A stretch of DNA of 64,000 nt. Origin: Candidatus Babeliales bacterium. Lineage in GTDB: Bacteria > Babelota > Babeliae > Babelales > JANWKD01. Location: positions 352,001-416,000 of the forward strand of contig CAVRJO010000002.1 of NCBI GenBank assembly GCA_963722255.1, written 5' to 3'. A program made the position numbers and the translations under genes. The notes below the pieces were generated by a model. It searched no databases. It saw only the letters and a program-made list of their open reading frames with translations, and was not told where the DNA came from. Each line of letters starts with the position of its first letter. Position 1 is the stretch's first letter. This document shows positions 8,925-19,230 of the stretch, in pieces.

Positions 8925-11618
8925 CTAGAAATCATGTGACATACTTAAATGTACCTGACTTGCCGATTCATTTTTTCTGCGATCAAGCTTAAAACCCCAA
9001 TCTATTTTTACCGGAGTTGGTCTTAATAAACGAACACCAAATCCAACTGACTGACGATAATTAAAACCATTGTTTCTTAAGCGCTTTTTTCCAATTAGAT
9101 TAGCATTAGGTGTATCCCAACCGGCACCACCATCATAAAATAAAACACCTTTAATTGAAAAATCAGGAGCTACAGGAAAAATAAGTTCACTATTTATCCA
9201 AAATGCTTTTTTAGCACCTATAGAATCCCCTCTAAATGTTGGCCCAATTTCTCCAAAGAGAAATCCCCTTACGCTGGCAGGTCCACCAATATGATAGAGT
9301 TCTCTAAATGGAATTACCTTACCATCAAAGTTATTAACAACGCCAAAGTGCGTATGCAAATAGAAAACAAGATCTCGTTCGCCAATTAATGGAGTAAAAT
9401 AACTTGCATCAAAATCTATTTTCCAAAATCCGAAATTGTAGCGTGAAGCATTTGGGCTTGTTGCAAGATTAAATTGTCCATTACTTGGAAAAGCAACACG
9501 AGCTTGTCCTAACCATTGATATCCCCTGCTTGGATGCATAGGATGATTTCTGAAATCTTGGCTTGCTTGTGCCGCAGTCCACACATAACTACCATTTGGA
9601 AATCGTCTTTGAAGGATCATATTAAATTCATTAAACTGCTTGTCATCAGGAAATAATGCTCTATCCCCAACTGGCGCATTATGATAATGCAACCCTTCAA
9701 TTCCAAACATAGCTACAAATTTTGTTTGATTAAGATTTTGCGCAACAAATCCTAAACTTAATGCACCATTAACCAACTGCTCTTTAACTTCATCGGTGGT
9801 TAATTTAAAATCTTCATACACCGATTTTTTAATTGCAATATCAAAAGCAGCAAAAATAGGCCGATCAAAGAGCCATGGTTCAGTAAGGTTAAAAAGCAAC
9901 TGCCTTTCTTGTTTTGAAAATTCACCACTTAAGTTAAATCCAATCCCCAACCCTAAAAGATTGGTATCTGAAATAGATCCACCGATTCTTAATGATTCTG
10001 TTGGGTTTTGTAGATCTTTTGGTGAACCCCCGAAGCCAAGTTGTGCATCAACACGACCCGTTTTTACTTCTCGAACGAAAAGTTCTAGATCGGCAATATC
10101 TCTACTTACTCTTTTAATTTTCCAGCTCACTCCATTTTGTTCATCAAAAAAGCCCAATTGTTCGATTTTAAATTTAGATGCTTCTAATCTTTGGGTAGTA
10201 AGCAAATCTCCCTCATCGAATAATAGCTGACGGCGGATAATTTTTTGCCTGGTCTTTTCATTTCCTCGAATTTCAATTTTTCTAACACTTATTTTATCAC
10301 CAAGCTCAATAAAGAAATTTAGCTTTACCGTTTTTGTTTCATCATCAGGCTCCGGTGCAGGATCAACGTCGGCATAAATATATCCAAATTCTCCTAAAAT
10401 GGTTCGTAAAATCTCGATTGAATCGCGTATTTTATCTTTTGAATACAAATCTCCAACACGTATTGGTAACCGCTCTTCTAATTGCTGTTGGGAAATAATA
10501 TCATTGCCGGGAACTTTTATGTCGCTTATTCTATAAATATCCCCTTCTACAATGTGGAAAGTAATTCGTAAAACTGTTGGATCATTAGGATCAGGATCAA
10601 TATCTACTTTGGTTACTTTTGCATTTAAATAACCATTGCTCTGATAAAAATTCTCTAGGGTATGACGATCAGCTTCGATGGCTTCAGGTTGATAACTTCC
10701 TGATCGATCCATAAATCCTAGAATCCAATCCTCACGAGTAAAAATAAGTGAACGCAACTGTTTTGCAGGAAATGCCTTATTACCTTCAAAAAAAACTCTT
10801 TGAATCTGGGTTTTTTTATTTTCATCAATGGTAAATAGTGCAATTACTTTATCGCTCTTTTCATCATCTTGTAAGGAAGCCTTAATTTCTACGTTGTGAT
10901 AATCTTTTTCGCGATATAGTTTTTTCAAAGCAATGACATATTTTTTTAGATCATTTTCATCAAGTGCTGGTTTTTCATTAAAATTTATTTTTTTTCTAAT
11001 GTCTTTTTCAGTTAAGTGCTTATTTCCTTTAAAAGCTACATCTTTTAGCAGTTTTTTTTCTTGAACAATGATATAAAGATCAATCAGATTTTTACCAACT
11101 AGCTCAGCTTTTAGTTCAACATTATTGAAATAACCCATATCAAATATGTTAGAGATAAGAATCTTAGATTTCAAAGGCGTAAAAATCTCATTAATGTGAT
11201 AAGGAATTTTAGTTAAAATAGCATCCAGAGGTACATTTTTATTACCTTGCACATACATAGCACGAATTCTTCTTTGATCATTAAAAGAATCTTCTTCATT
11301 ACTATATTCATTACCTTCAGCAACTTCCTCATTGATTTCAAAAGGTCTATCATCGGAAATAGGAGATTTATCCCCAACTTCGGGAACAATCGCTATATCT
11401 TCCTCAGGATAGGTATCTACAATAGATCCACTTGGGACTTGAATCAATTCATGATTATCTGGTTCAAATGCTACCGGATCATGCAATAACATATCCGAGG
11501 TTTCTGAATATAGATCTTTTAGTTCTCCTGATTGCTCGGCCATTATAGTGAATGAACAGAGCAACATAACTAATAATTTGATTGGCAATGATGTCATACC
11601 GCAACGCTCCCGCAACAT
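8925..11618 (-). CDS. bamA: Outer membrane protein assembly factor BamA
   Basis: Signal peptide, POTRA repeats (GN...; GYF; GNEKTRQKIIRRQL), VRGF motif, C-terminal Phe. Confidence 0.95.
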   Translation of the reverse strand: MLRERCGMTSLPIKLLVMLLCSFTIMAEQSGELKDLYSETSDMLLHDPVAFEPDNHELIQVPSGSIVDTYPEEDIAIVPEVGDKSPISDDRPFEINEEVAEGNEYSNEEDSFNDQRRIRAMYVQGNKNVPLDAILTKIPYHINEIFTPLKSKILISNIFDMGYFNNVELKAELVGKNLIDLYIIVQEKKLLKDVAFKGNKHLTEKDIRKKINFNEKPALDENDLKKYVIALKKLYREKDYHNVEIKASLQDDEKSDKVIALFTIDENKKTQIQRVFFEGNKAFPAKQLRSLIFTREDWILGFMDRSGSYQPEAIEADRHTLENFYQSNGYLNAKVTKVDIDPDPNDPTVLRITFHIVEGDIYRISDIKVPGNDIISQQQLEERLPIRVGDLYSKDKIRDSIEILRTILGEFGYIYADVDPAPEPDDETKTVKLNFFIELGDKISVRKIEIRGNEKTRQKIIRRQLLFDEGDLLTTQRLEASKFKIEQLGFFDEQNGVSWKIKRVSRDIADLELFVREVKTGRVDAQLGFGGSPKDLQNPTESLRIGGSISDTNLLGLGIGFNLSGEFSKQERQLLFNLTEPWLFDRPIFAAFDIAIKKSVYEDFKLTTDEVKEQLVNGALSLGFVAQNLNQTKFVAMFGIEGLHYHNAPVGDRALFPDDKQFNEFNMILQRRFPNGSYVWTAAQASQDFRNHPMHPSRGYQWLGQARVAFPSNGQFNLATSPNASRYNFGFWKIDFDASYFTPLIGERDLVFYLHTHFGVVNNFDGKVIPFRELYHIGGPASVRGFLFGEIGPTFRGDSIGAKKAFWINSELIFPVAPDFSIKGVLFYDGGAGWDTPNANLIGKKRLRNNGFNYRQSVGFGVRLLRPTPVKIDWGFKLDRRKNESASQVHLSMSHDF

Positions 11619-11777
11619 ATACTCAAGGTCATTTTTTTAGTTTCAATACTTGTGATAGAATAATAAAATAGAATACCTTTTTTTTTAAGATTGACCAGTA
11701 ATAACAAAATTTTTTAAACTAATGCTATCTTGCAAGAGCACAAAATTAAGCTTTTTAACTTCATTTTAGAGTTATAT

Positions 11778-13118
11778 ATGATAACAATTACCAATACATT
11801 AAGTGGAAAAAAAGAACTATTTAAACCCTTATACCCCCATAAAGTGACCCTTTATGTGTGCGGTATTACACCTTATGATTATTCGCATCTTGGCCATGCC
11901 CGCGTTTATGTGATATTTGATCTCTTCTATCGTCTATTAACTTTTCTTGATTATAAGGTAATTTATTGCCGTAATTTTACCGATATTGATGATAGGTTAT
12001 TACAGAAAGCTGAAAAAGAATATGGGGATAAACAGCAGTTTTTAATGATTGCTTCGCACTATATTCAAGCATATCAAGAAGATATGGCAGCTTTACATTG
12101 CTTACCTCCTACTTTTCAACCTCGTGTAACAGATCATATTCCCGAAATAATAACCTTTATTAAAGCCCTGATTGATACAAATAAAGCATATGTGGTTGAT
12201 GGAGATGTTTACTTTAGCATCGATGCATTCGCAGACTACGGAAAATTATCAAAACAAAATATTGAAGACCTTCAAATTGGCGCTCGTGTAGAAATCAATA
12301 AAAATAAAAAAAATCCTCTTGATTTTGCCTTATGGAAAAGTGAGCCTGAAGGGACATTTTGGAAAAGCCCATGGGGTTATGGACGCCCAGGTTGGCACAT
12401 TGAATGTTCAGCTCTTGCACGCCATTTTTTAGGCGAGCATATTGATATTCATGGCGGTGGCATGGATCTTATATTTCCTCATCATGAAAATGAAATAGCT
12501 CAATCAGAAAGCCTTTTTGGAAAACCTTTTTCTTATTATTGGATGCACAATGCATTTGTTCGCATCAACAAAGAAAAAATGTCCAAATCTCTTGAAAACT
12601 TTTTTACCATTAAAGACATTATTAAAAAATTTGACCCGATGGTCCTGCGTTTTTTAATAATAAACCACTATTATCGTGCTCCTTTAGATTTTTCATGGGA
12701 TGATTTAGAAGTTGCACAAAAAACATATCAAAGACTTTGCACTTTCTTTGCACAGTTTACCTGTGATGAAAAAGTTTCTCCTGAAAAAATTAAAGAATCT
12801 GATATTGTACAAAAGATGCTAACTTTTTTATCTGATGATCTTAATACTCCCGGAATGCTTGGCGTACTTTTTGAAAACTTAAAGGAACTTGCTAAAAATC
12901 CTGAAGAGGTATGCTTGGTAAAAGCATTTATCCAAGAAGTATTGGGTTTATCATTAGTGCCTTTGCCTGAAAAAGAAGTTGTTATCACTGATGAAATTCA
13001 AAAGCTTATTACGCAACGAGAAGAAGCTCGAGCAGAGAAAAATTGGAAAAAAGCTGATGAAATTCGTGATAAACTTCATCAGCTTGGATATTCAGTTAAA
13101 GATGGCAAAAGTAAGTAA
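11778..13118 (+). CDS. cysS: Cysteine--tRNA ligase
   Basis: YVCGITPYD.SHLGHAR, GRPGWHIECS, DIHGGGMDLIFPHHENE, KMSKS. Confidence 0.98.
   Translation: MITITNTLSGKKELFKPLYPHKVTLYVCGITPYDYSHLGHARVYVIFDLFYRLLTFLDYKVIYCRNFTDIDDRLLQKAEKEYGDKQQFLMIASHYIQAYQEDMAALHCLPPTFQPRVTDHIPEIITFIKALIDTNKAYVVDGDVYFSIDAFADYGKLSKQNIEDLQIGARVEINKNKKNPLDFALWKSEPEGTFWKSPWGYGRPGWHIECSALARHFLGEHIDIHGGGMDLIFPHHENEIAQSESLFGKPFSYYWMHNAFVRINKEKMSKSLENFFTIKDIIKKFDPMVLRFLIINHYYRAPLDFSWDDLEVAQKTYQRLCTFFAQFTCDEKVSPEKIKESDIVQKMLTFLSDDLNTPGMLGVLFENLKELAKNPEEVCLVKAFIQEVLGLSLVPLPEKEVVITDEIQKLITQREEARAEKNWKKADEIRDKLHQLGYSVKDGKSK
13050..13118 (+). repeat. cysS 3' end; copy 1 of a ~60-70 bp direct repeat containing an 11-bp hairpin
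   Basis: aaagctgatgaaattcgtgataaacttcatcagcttggatattcagtt...aaaagtaagtaa recurs at 14177-14238. Confidence 0.9.
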
Positions 13119-13121
13119 CCC

Positions 13122-14087
13122 TCATGAATTTTCCCCTTGCTGATCGAACATCTTCTGGATTTGTTTAAGATTTTCTATCCTTCTAGAAATTCTTGGATGA
13201 GGTGCAAACAATGATAAATCTTCAACACCGTCTCGTTGCAATTCTTTCATATAGAATAATGCACCTTCAGTATCACCTAAAGATTCTACTGTCTGGCTAT
13301 CAGCATGAAATTCTAAATTTTGTGAAAATTTGGAATAAAGGAAATTATTTAAAAGAGCATGAAAAAATCCAGAACAAAGGAGCTTGTTATTCAATGTCCT
13401 ACATAACAAGAACAAAAGATTATTTTGAAGATTATATCATTTTTCAACCATTTTAAGAATTTTACTTGAACTCAGCAGATAGATAAAAAGAGCACTCACA
13501 GTTGATAATGCTGATATTCCGGTAAAACAAACTTTCTTATAAAAATAATTTTCTTTAAAACGAATTAATTCATGAGCGAAAGCAAATTGCTTTGCTTTAA
13601 GAGACATTTCTTTAAATTTTTCTCCGTAATACATCACACCCGATTGGCCAATACAAATGCATGAATGCGCAGAATTGTTTAATGACGGTTCTTCCAAGTA
13701 TTTAATTTCAGATTCATCAACAGCAAGCTTTTCCAAAGTAGCGGAAAACATCGTTAAACATTCTTCGTCAAATGTTTCTTTTTCCCGTAAATCATCCAAG
13801 CTCATCGCATCTTCAAAATACGGTAGATCACTTTTGCATCTTTTTGTTACGTAATACGCTAAACAATACACCAACGGTGATCCAAGAGAATAGGTAAATG
13901 GCAACCAATTCAAAAGAAAATTTATTGTAGTTTTCTCATATTTATCTGTATTTTTCTGCGCTAAATCATCCCCCGTAAATGATGGTGTTGGAAGAGATAA
14001 GAACAAACCAACATTGCGCATTGCTATTAAAGATGAAGAGAACATAAAAAATGTACAAAGTAAAACTGATTTTATTATCATAAACAA
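13122..14087 (-). pseudogene. Secreted M48/HtpX-like protein interrupted by one in-frame TGA (13437-13439)
   Basis: ORFs 13437-14087 and 13122-13415 share a frame (AAA TGA TAT AAT CTT...); FAFAHELIR, EFHAD and HPRISRRIENL are M48-like motifs. Confidence 0.72.
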
Positions 14088-14176
14088 CCTAACTATAGAT
14101 ATTTAGTGTTACATTCCGTTTATTTATTGGAGCATTGTAATAAAAAATATAAACATTAGGAAGTATGTAAATTTTT

Positions 14177-14238
14177 AAAGCTGATGAAATCCGTGATAAA
14201 CTTCATCAGCTTGGGTATTCAGTAAAAAAAGTAAGTAA
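14177..14238 (+). repeat. Copy 2 of the cysS 3'-end direct repeat
   Basis: aaagctgatgaaatccgtgataaacttcatcagcttgggtattcagtaaaaaaagtaagtaa. Confidence 0.9.
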
Positions 14239-14239
14239 A

Positions 14240-14629
14240 TTATTGTATATATAATAATTTTTGCGAATTATAGAAAATGGTTAAATTTTGCCTTTGACCG
14301 ATCTGATCACTACTCCACGTACGCGATAATTTGGTATCATTATCATCATTAAAAATAATTGTAGCATTTATACTGTCAAGATCTTTATAACATCCTGGTG
14401 ATTGCCTATTTTGTAGCGAACCTGAAATATCCATCTTAGATGAAGCGGGAAGCATTACTTTTAATTCAGCATAATATTTAGGATTCTTGTTATCATAACC
14501 CGGAACAAAACATTTCTCTGCATACGTAATCTTCAATTCTATTTCATTCGGCGTCTTATTAGTTATAATGGTTGCTTGCATACTGCCTACAAAAATCACA
14601 CCAAAAAAGAGAACTATTTTTAATTTCAT
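14240..14629 (-). CDS. Small secreted beta-rich hypothetical protein
   Basis: RBS aaagga; MKLKIVLFFGVIFVGSMQA signal peptide. Confidence 0.72.
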   Translation of the reverse strand: MKLKIVLFFGVIFVGSMQATIITNKTPNEIELKITYAEKCFVPGYDNKNPKYYAELKVMLPASSKMDISGSLQNRQSPGCYKDLDSINATIIFNDDNDTKLSRTWSSDQIGQRQNLTIFYNSQKLLYIQ

Positions 14630-14639
14630 AAAATTCCTT

Positions 14640-15092
14640 TCATCGTCCACTACATTGTCCTTTAGTCAATTTATCTTCAATACAAATTCTTAAACGAGAT
14701 TGTCTTATAATCGTAAAATCTCCCGATGGTACCGTAGGATATGTTGAATCGGCTGTATTACCAATTTTAATCTTATTAGTATTCACAACCGCAAACAGCT
14801 TACCGTAAATAGTAATTTTTCGGGCATTAGGTTTTTCAAACGTTGAGGGCCATTGGAAAGTAAATTGATTATTGGGAGTAACCGTTGGAATCGTTCGGGT
14901 AATAAAAGAGCTCCCATGTGGATCAATAATTTCATCAATGACAACAAGAGTCATACCTGTTTCATTAATAATCGTTACCGGCCATAGCTGTATTGAACCT
15001 TGAACCACAATCATAGGTGCTTTTATACACCCAAAAATAGTAAGTGCTGCAGCTAAAATTAACCTAAATCTAATTATTTCTAAACGTTTCAT
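14640..15092 (-). CDS. Small secreted beta-rich hypothetical protein
   Basis: MKRLEIIRFRLILAAALTIFGCIKA signal peptide. Confidence 0.68.
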   Translation of the reverse strand: MKRLEIIRFRLILAAALTIFGCIKAPMIVVQGSIQLWPVTIINETGMTLVVIDEIIDPHGSSFITRTIPTVTPNNQFTFQWPSTFEKPNARKITIYGKLFAVVNTNKIKIGNTADSTYPTVPSGDFTIIRQSRLRICIEDKLTKGQCSGR

Positions 15093-15196
15093 TGTCTTCT
15101 GCCCTACTCTAATAAAACAGTATTCTTTATATAGAGTATAACAAAATTTAATTACAATCTGCAATATTAAGATTTGTGTTATTTGAATATGAGTGT

Positions 15197-15631
15197 TTAA
15201 AGCAAGTTTACAACTTTTGTTTTTAATAACGATAGGCCTTTTAAACCCGATTTTATACCTCTAGAAAAAGCAATTGAATTACAAAGCTGTGATTGAAACT
15301 TCAAATATTTTGATCGGCAAGGTTGTTTAAGTGCTTCACAGCCGCCAAAATAGATCATATGGGCCCCTAAAACTCCTTCAAGCAAGGCAGGGCAACTTGA
15401 ACTAAAAAATCCAGCCAAATTAGATGAATTATTCATAAAAGACGAATATAATGAACTTGCTGCATAAAAAACCATTGTTCCACCTAAAACAACCTTATAA
15501 CAGCCAAATAACTGCTTCGGAGTTGGTTTGGTAAATGATTTTGGCACATTTGATTCAATTTTTGCTGCCAAAGGACTCATTCCTAATAAAACAAGACACA
15601 TTAATAATCTAAGTTTTGGTATATATATCAT
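15197..15631 (-). CDS. Hypothetical exported/membrane protein
   Basis: Strong RBS (gaggaggggg); signal peptide plus hydrophobic segments. Confidence 0.68.
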   Translation of the reverse strand: MIYIPKLRLLMCLVLLGMSPLAAKIESNVPKSFTKPTPKQLFGCYKVVLGGTMVFYAASSLYSSFMNNSSNLAGFFSSSCPALLEGVLGAHMIYFGGCEALKQPCRSKYLKFQSQLCNSIAFSRGIKSGLKGLSLLKTKVVNLL

Positions 15632-15845
15632 AACATCCCCCTCCTCATAGCCTTAACTAGTACCTTTACCCTTCTTAAACATTATATACTATTTGTAATA
15701 TATTTCAAGCTTTCTACTAATTTTGCGTATAAAAACCAGTATTCAAGGCTTACCCATCAACTATCAAAATCACTACTTTTTTTTGCATTATTATCGTAAT
15801 CTAATAAAAAACATCTATTTAAATTAGTTTCAAAATTGGATATGT

Positions 15846-18479
15846 ATGGAAATAACAAAAGAACCTCGTGTTGTAAAAAAAATCTTAGACAATGGATTAA
15901 CCATTCTTATTCGACCATGCCATTCGGTGCCAAAAGTATCTATTCAACTTTGGTATAATGTCGGATCAAAAGACGAAAAAACCGGCGAAAAAGGAATTGC
16001 TCATCTTATTGAACATATGATTTTCAAAGGGACTGCAAAACTTTCTGAATCCGATATAAATATGATTACACAAAAGCTTTCCGGCGTTTGCAATGCTTTC
16101 ACGTCTTATGATTATACGGGCTATCTCTTTGATTTTCCAAGCCATCATTGGCAAGAGGCATTACCAATAATGGCCGATTGCATGAGAAATTGTACTTTTA
16201 AGCAAGAACTCCTCAATTCTGAAATGAAAGCGGTCATCCAAGAACTCAAAATGTATCGCGATAATTATAGTTCAAGTCTCATTGAACATATGATAACAAC
16301 TATTTTTAATGATCATCCATATCACTATCCAATTATTGGCTTTAAGCAAGACCTTTGGAATCTTAAAAGTGAAGATTTAATTGCATTCTATAATAAATAT
16401 TATTACCCCAATAATGCAACGTTGGTTATTGTTGGTGATGTAGATGTGCAAAAAGCATTTCAGTTAGCAGATAAAAACTTTGGTTCTATTGCACCTAACA
16501 ATACCATAAAAAAAGAGTCTTATTCACACAAAAGCGATTTGATAGCAACAACAACCACACTCTATAGAGACATCAAAACGCCACAAATTGCTTTAGCCTA
16601 TGTAGTTCCGGGTGCCTATGAACAACAAGACTACTTTTTAGCATTGCTTTCATGGATTTTAGGTTCTGGAAAAAATTCGCGATTACAAAAAAAACTGGTA
16701 GAAGAGCTCCAACTAGTTACCGAACTTGAATCATTTGTTTATGATCTTTTTGATTATGGTGCTTTCTTTATCTATTTTCAACCTAAAGATCCTCATGACA
16801 ATCAAAAGATTATTTCATTAATACACCAAGAAATTGAGAATATCATCAGTAATGGATTAACAAAAGAAGAAATTAGTCGAGCAATTAAACAAAGTGAAGC
16901 AGATTATTTAGATCTTTTAGAAAATAACCAAAGGCAAGCATATACGATCGGACAATCATATCTTGCCACTGGCAATGAAAACTATTTATTTACCTATTTA
17001 AATCATGCACCTGAAACTATTGAACCTGCTTTAATGCATCTTTTAAAAACTTATTTTAATCCAACAGCGTTGCATAGTGGCAACTTATTACCACTCCCAG
17101 AAAAAGATAAAGACCTTTGGCTCGATATACAAAAAAAATCTGACGAAGAAGATAATAAAATTTTATCAAAAATAGCGCGTGAAGAAAAAGTAGAGGAAGG
17201 CGTTCTCGTACACTCAATTCAAACACAAAAAGCTCCTATTTTTAACTTTCCAAAGCCAAAAGTTTCTATACTTCCTAATGGACTTACTTTGGTATATTAT
17301 CATAATCCAAATATCCCTAAAATCGATCTTATTCTCGATTTTAAAGCTAAATCTTTTTACGATCCGGAAAATGCTCAAGGTCTTTTAAATTTCATGAGCC
17401 TTATGCTTGAAGAAGGTACAAAAAAATATGATGCCATCCAATTTGCATATGAAATAGAATCTCGCGGAATGACCTTTGAATCTCGGCCTGGCTCAATTTC
17501 TATGAACATGCTCAGCAGCGATTTTAGTAGAGCAATATCTCTTCTACAAGAAGTTGTAACAAATGCTCTATTTCCTCTTGAACAAATCAAAAAAGTTCGT
17601 GATCAGTTACAAACAGATTTGCATAATTTTTGGGATAACCCTTCTAAATTTATTAGCTACCTTGCGCGCAAAGAAATTTATCAAAACCATCCCTATAATA
17701 AATTATCATTGGGGACCCAAGAAGCTCTTAATGCAATAACGAGAAATGATCTCTTAACCGCTTACCAAAATTATATAACACCTCAAGAATCTATCCTGGC
17801 TATTGTTGGTAATGTAGATGGCATTGATGTTGAAAACACCATTATGGAACTGCTCAGTAATTGGCAAGGTCCTAAAGTTGCAACACTAGAGTTTCCTAAA
17901 TTACAAGAACAAACAGCACATGAACTCATTCATCAAATTAATCGTGATCAGATTGTTCTTGCATTTGCAGGACTTTCTGTTGATAGAAATAATAAAGACT
18001 TTGATAAACTTCTTATTTTCGATCAAATCTTTACAGGCGGCGTTTTAGGCTCTATGAGTTCACGGCTCTTTGAATTACGAGAACGTTCTGGTCTTTTTTA
18101 TACCATAGGCGGTTCGCTTTTGATGCATTCTGATGAACAACCTGGAATGACCTTTATAAGGACTATTGTTTCACAAGATCGTTTACATGAAGCCGAATTA
18201 CAAATTGCAGAAACTATTAATACAGCATCTCAGGTTATAACTGATGATGAGTATGAACAAAGCCTTAATGCTTTAAGCAACTCTTTAATTGACAATTTTG
18301 AATCAAATAAACGTATTGCACAAAGCTTTTTGTTTTTACAAAGATTTAAGTTACCTGATACTTATTTTGACGCGCGAGCACAACAGCTTGCTAAAATTTC
18401 TAAAAAAGAAATTCAAGAGGCTGTTGCAAAAGTTCTTGATTCAAAAAAGATGGTAAAAATTAGAGTTGGAAGAGTATAA
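15846..18479 (+). CDS. M16 family zinc peptidase (pitrilysin/PqqL-like, fused halves)
   Basis: LDNGL...GSKDE..G.AHLIEHMIFKG (HxxEH), NAFTS; second half LPNGL...SSRLFELRERSGLFY. Confidence 0.93.
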   Translation: MEITKEPRVVKKILDNGLTILIRPCHSVPKVSIQLWYNVGSKDEKTGEKGIAHLIEHMIFKGTAKLSESDINMITQKLSGVCNAFTSYDYTGYLFDFPSHHWQEALPIMADCMRNCTFKQELLNSEMKAVIQELKMYRDNYSSSLIEHMITTIFNDHPYHYPIIGFKQDLWNLKSEDLIAFYNKYYYPNNATLVIVGDVDVQKAFQLADKNFGSIAPNNTIKKESYSHKSDLIATTTTLYRDIKTPQIALAYVVPGAYEQQDYFLALLSWILGSGKNSRLQKKLVEELQLVTELESFVYDLFDYGAFFIYFQPKDPHDNQKIISLIHQEIENIISNGLTKEEISRAIKQSEADYLDLLENNQRQAYTIGQSYLATGNENYLFTYLNHAPETIEPALMHLLKTYFNPTALHSGNLLPLPEKDKDLWLDIQKKSDEEDNKILSKIAREEKVEEGVLVHSIQTQKAPIFNFPKPKVSILPNGLTLVYYHNPNIPKIDLILDFKAKSFYDPENAQGLLNFMSLMLEEGTKKYDAIQFAYEIESRGMTFESRPGSISMNMLSSDFSRAISLLQEVVTNALFPLEQIKKVRDQLQTDLHNFWDNPSKFISYLARKEIYQNHPYNKLSLGTQEALNAITRNDLLTAYQNYITPQESILAIVGNVDGIDVENTIMELLSNWQGPKVATLEFPKLQEQTAHELIHQINRDQIVLAFAGLSVDRNNKDFDKLLIFDQIFTGGVLGSMSSRLFELRERSGLFYTIGGSLLMHSDEQPGMTFIRTIVSQDRLHEAELQIAETINTASQVITDDEYEQSLNALSNSLIDNFESNKRIAQSFLFLQRFKLPDTYFDARAQQLAKISKKEIQEAVAKVLDSKKMVKIRVGRV

Positions 18480-18490
18480 AAATATTTTTA

Positions 18491-18521
18491 ATAAGGTCTT
18501 TTGCTTGTCCAAAAGACCTTA
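18491..18521. terminator. Hairpin downstream of the M16 peptidase
   Basis: aaggtctttt-gcttgtcc-aaaagacctt. Confidence 0.6.
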
Positions 18522-18529
18522 ACCCAAAA

Positions 18530-18700
18530 AGACCCCAACAGTTCCTTTGGATACCTCTCCCGCGCGAATGATGAACCACTTCAACATTAATGCTTACAGC
18601 ATTAAGTTTTCGGGTTCACAACGCGCTAGCGGAGAATTAATCTACTAATTTGGCGATCTAAATTATCGCTTAGGAAAAACATAAGTATCAAGATGTCATT
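18530..18700. ncRNA. Candidate structured non-coding RNA (long imperfect hairpin; family and strand unresolved)
   Basis: GC-richer intergenic stretch with nested pairing: tctcc/ggaga, gcgcg/cgcgc, tgaacc/ggttca, ttaatgct/agcattaa. Confidence 0.4.
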
Positions 18701-18861
18701 TTGAGCGTAGCATAGAAATCAATGTGAATTAATGATTCATGTTTATATATTTATATATACCTATATTTTTTTAACATTTTATTACACATTGCAAATAATT
18801 CAAATTGCTCTATACTAGAAATTAGTAGTTAATAATGGTTATTGATAACAATGGAGAAAAT

Positions 18862-19230
18862 ATGAAATTTTCAAAAAAATTAAAGGTGATGGCAATTGGC
18901 TTAATCTTGTCCCTAGCAAGCTCGACCCAAATCAAATGCGATGAAGTAGAGCAAGTCAAAAAAAATACAGCAAAATTAGCCTACCAACACCCTTATATTC
19001 CTGGGGCCATGGGAGCATTAGCATTTACAAAGTTTTTTAAAGCAACTGCTTTTAAACGTTTTGTTGCCTTTTCAATGATGGCCATTACCGGATCTTTATT
19101 ATCCCAATCTTACAGTGAAAAATACCTTAAAAATAATCTTAACTGTTTTGAATGGGCGACATTTAAAACTCCTACCTTTAAAGCAAAAACAGAAGAATTA
19201 AAACTAAAAATAAAAAATCTATTCAGCTAA
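18862..19230 (+). CDS. Hypothetical exported/membrane protein
   Basis: RBS ggag; MKFSKKLKVMAIGLILSLASS signal peptide; hydrophobic segments. Confidence 0.68.
   Translation: MKFSKKLKVMAIGLILSLASSTQIKCDEVEQVKKNTAKLAYQHPYIPGAMGALAFTKFFKATAFKRFVAFSMMAITGSLLSQSYSEKYLKNNLNCFEWATFKTPTFKAKTEELKLKIKNLFS

Noticed and set aside
13193..13456. 87-aa plus-strand ORF, and similar short antisense or alternate-frame ORFs (5055, 7125, 9796, 21286, 23020, 25874, 40089, 50143, 63254, etc.)
   Set aside because: They overlap well-supported genes and show no recognisable motifs.
14240..15631. Counting ORFs 14629 (VGS-MQA) and 15631 (LLG-MSPLAA) as Met(+1) proteins
   Set aside because: Better cleavage sites lie downstream (MQA|T, LAA|K), so Met is probably inside the signal peptide.
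18530..18700. SRP RNA, tmRNA or RNase P assignment for the structured region
   Set aside because: Their consensus motifs were not seen; left as an unassigned candidate.
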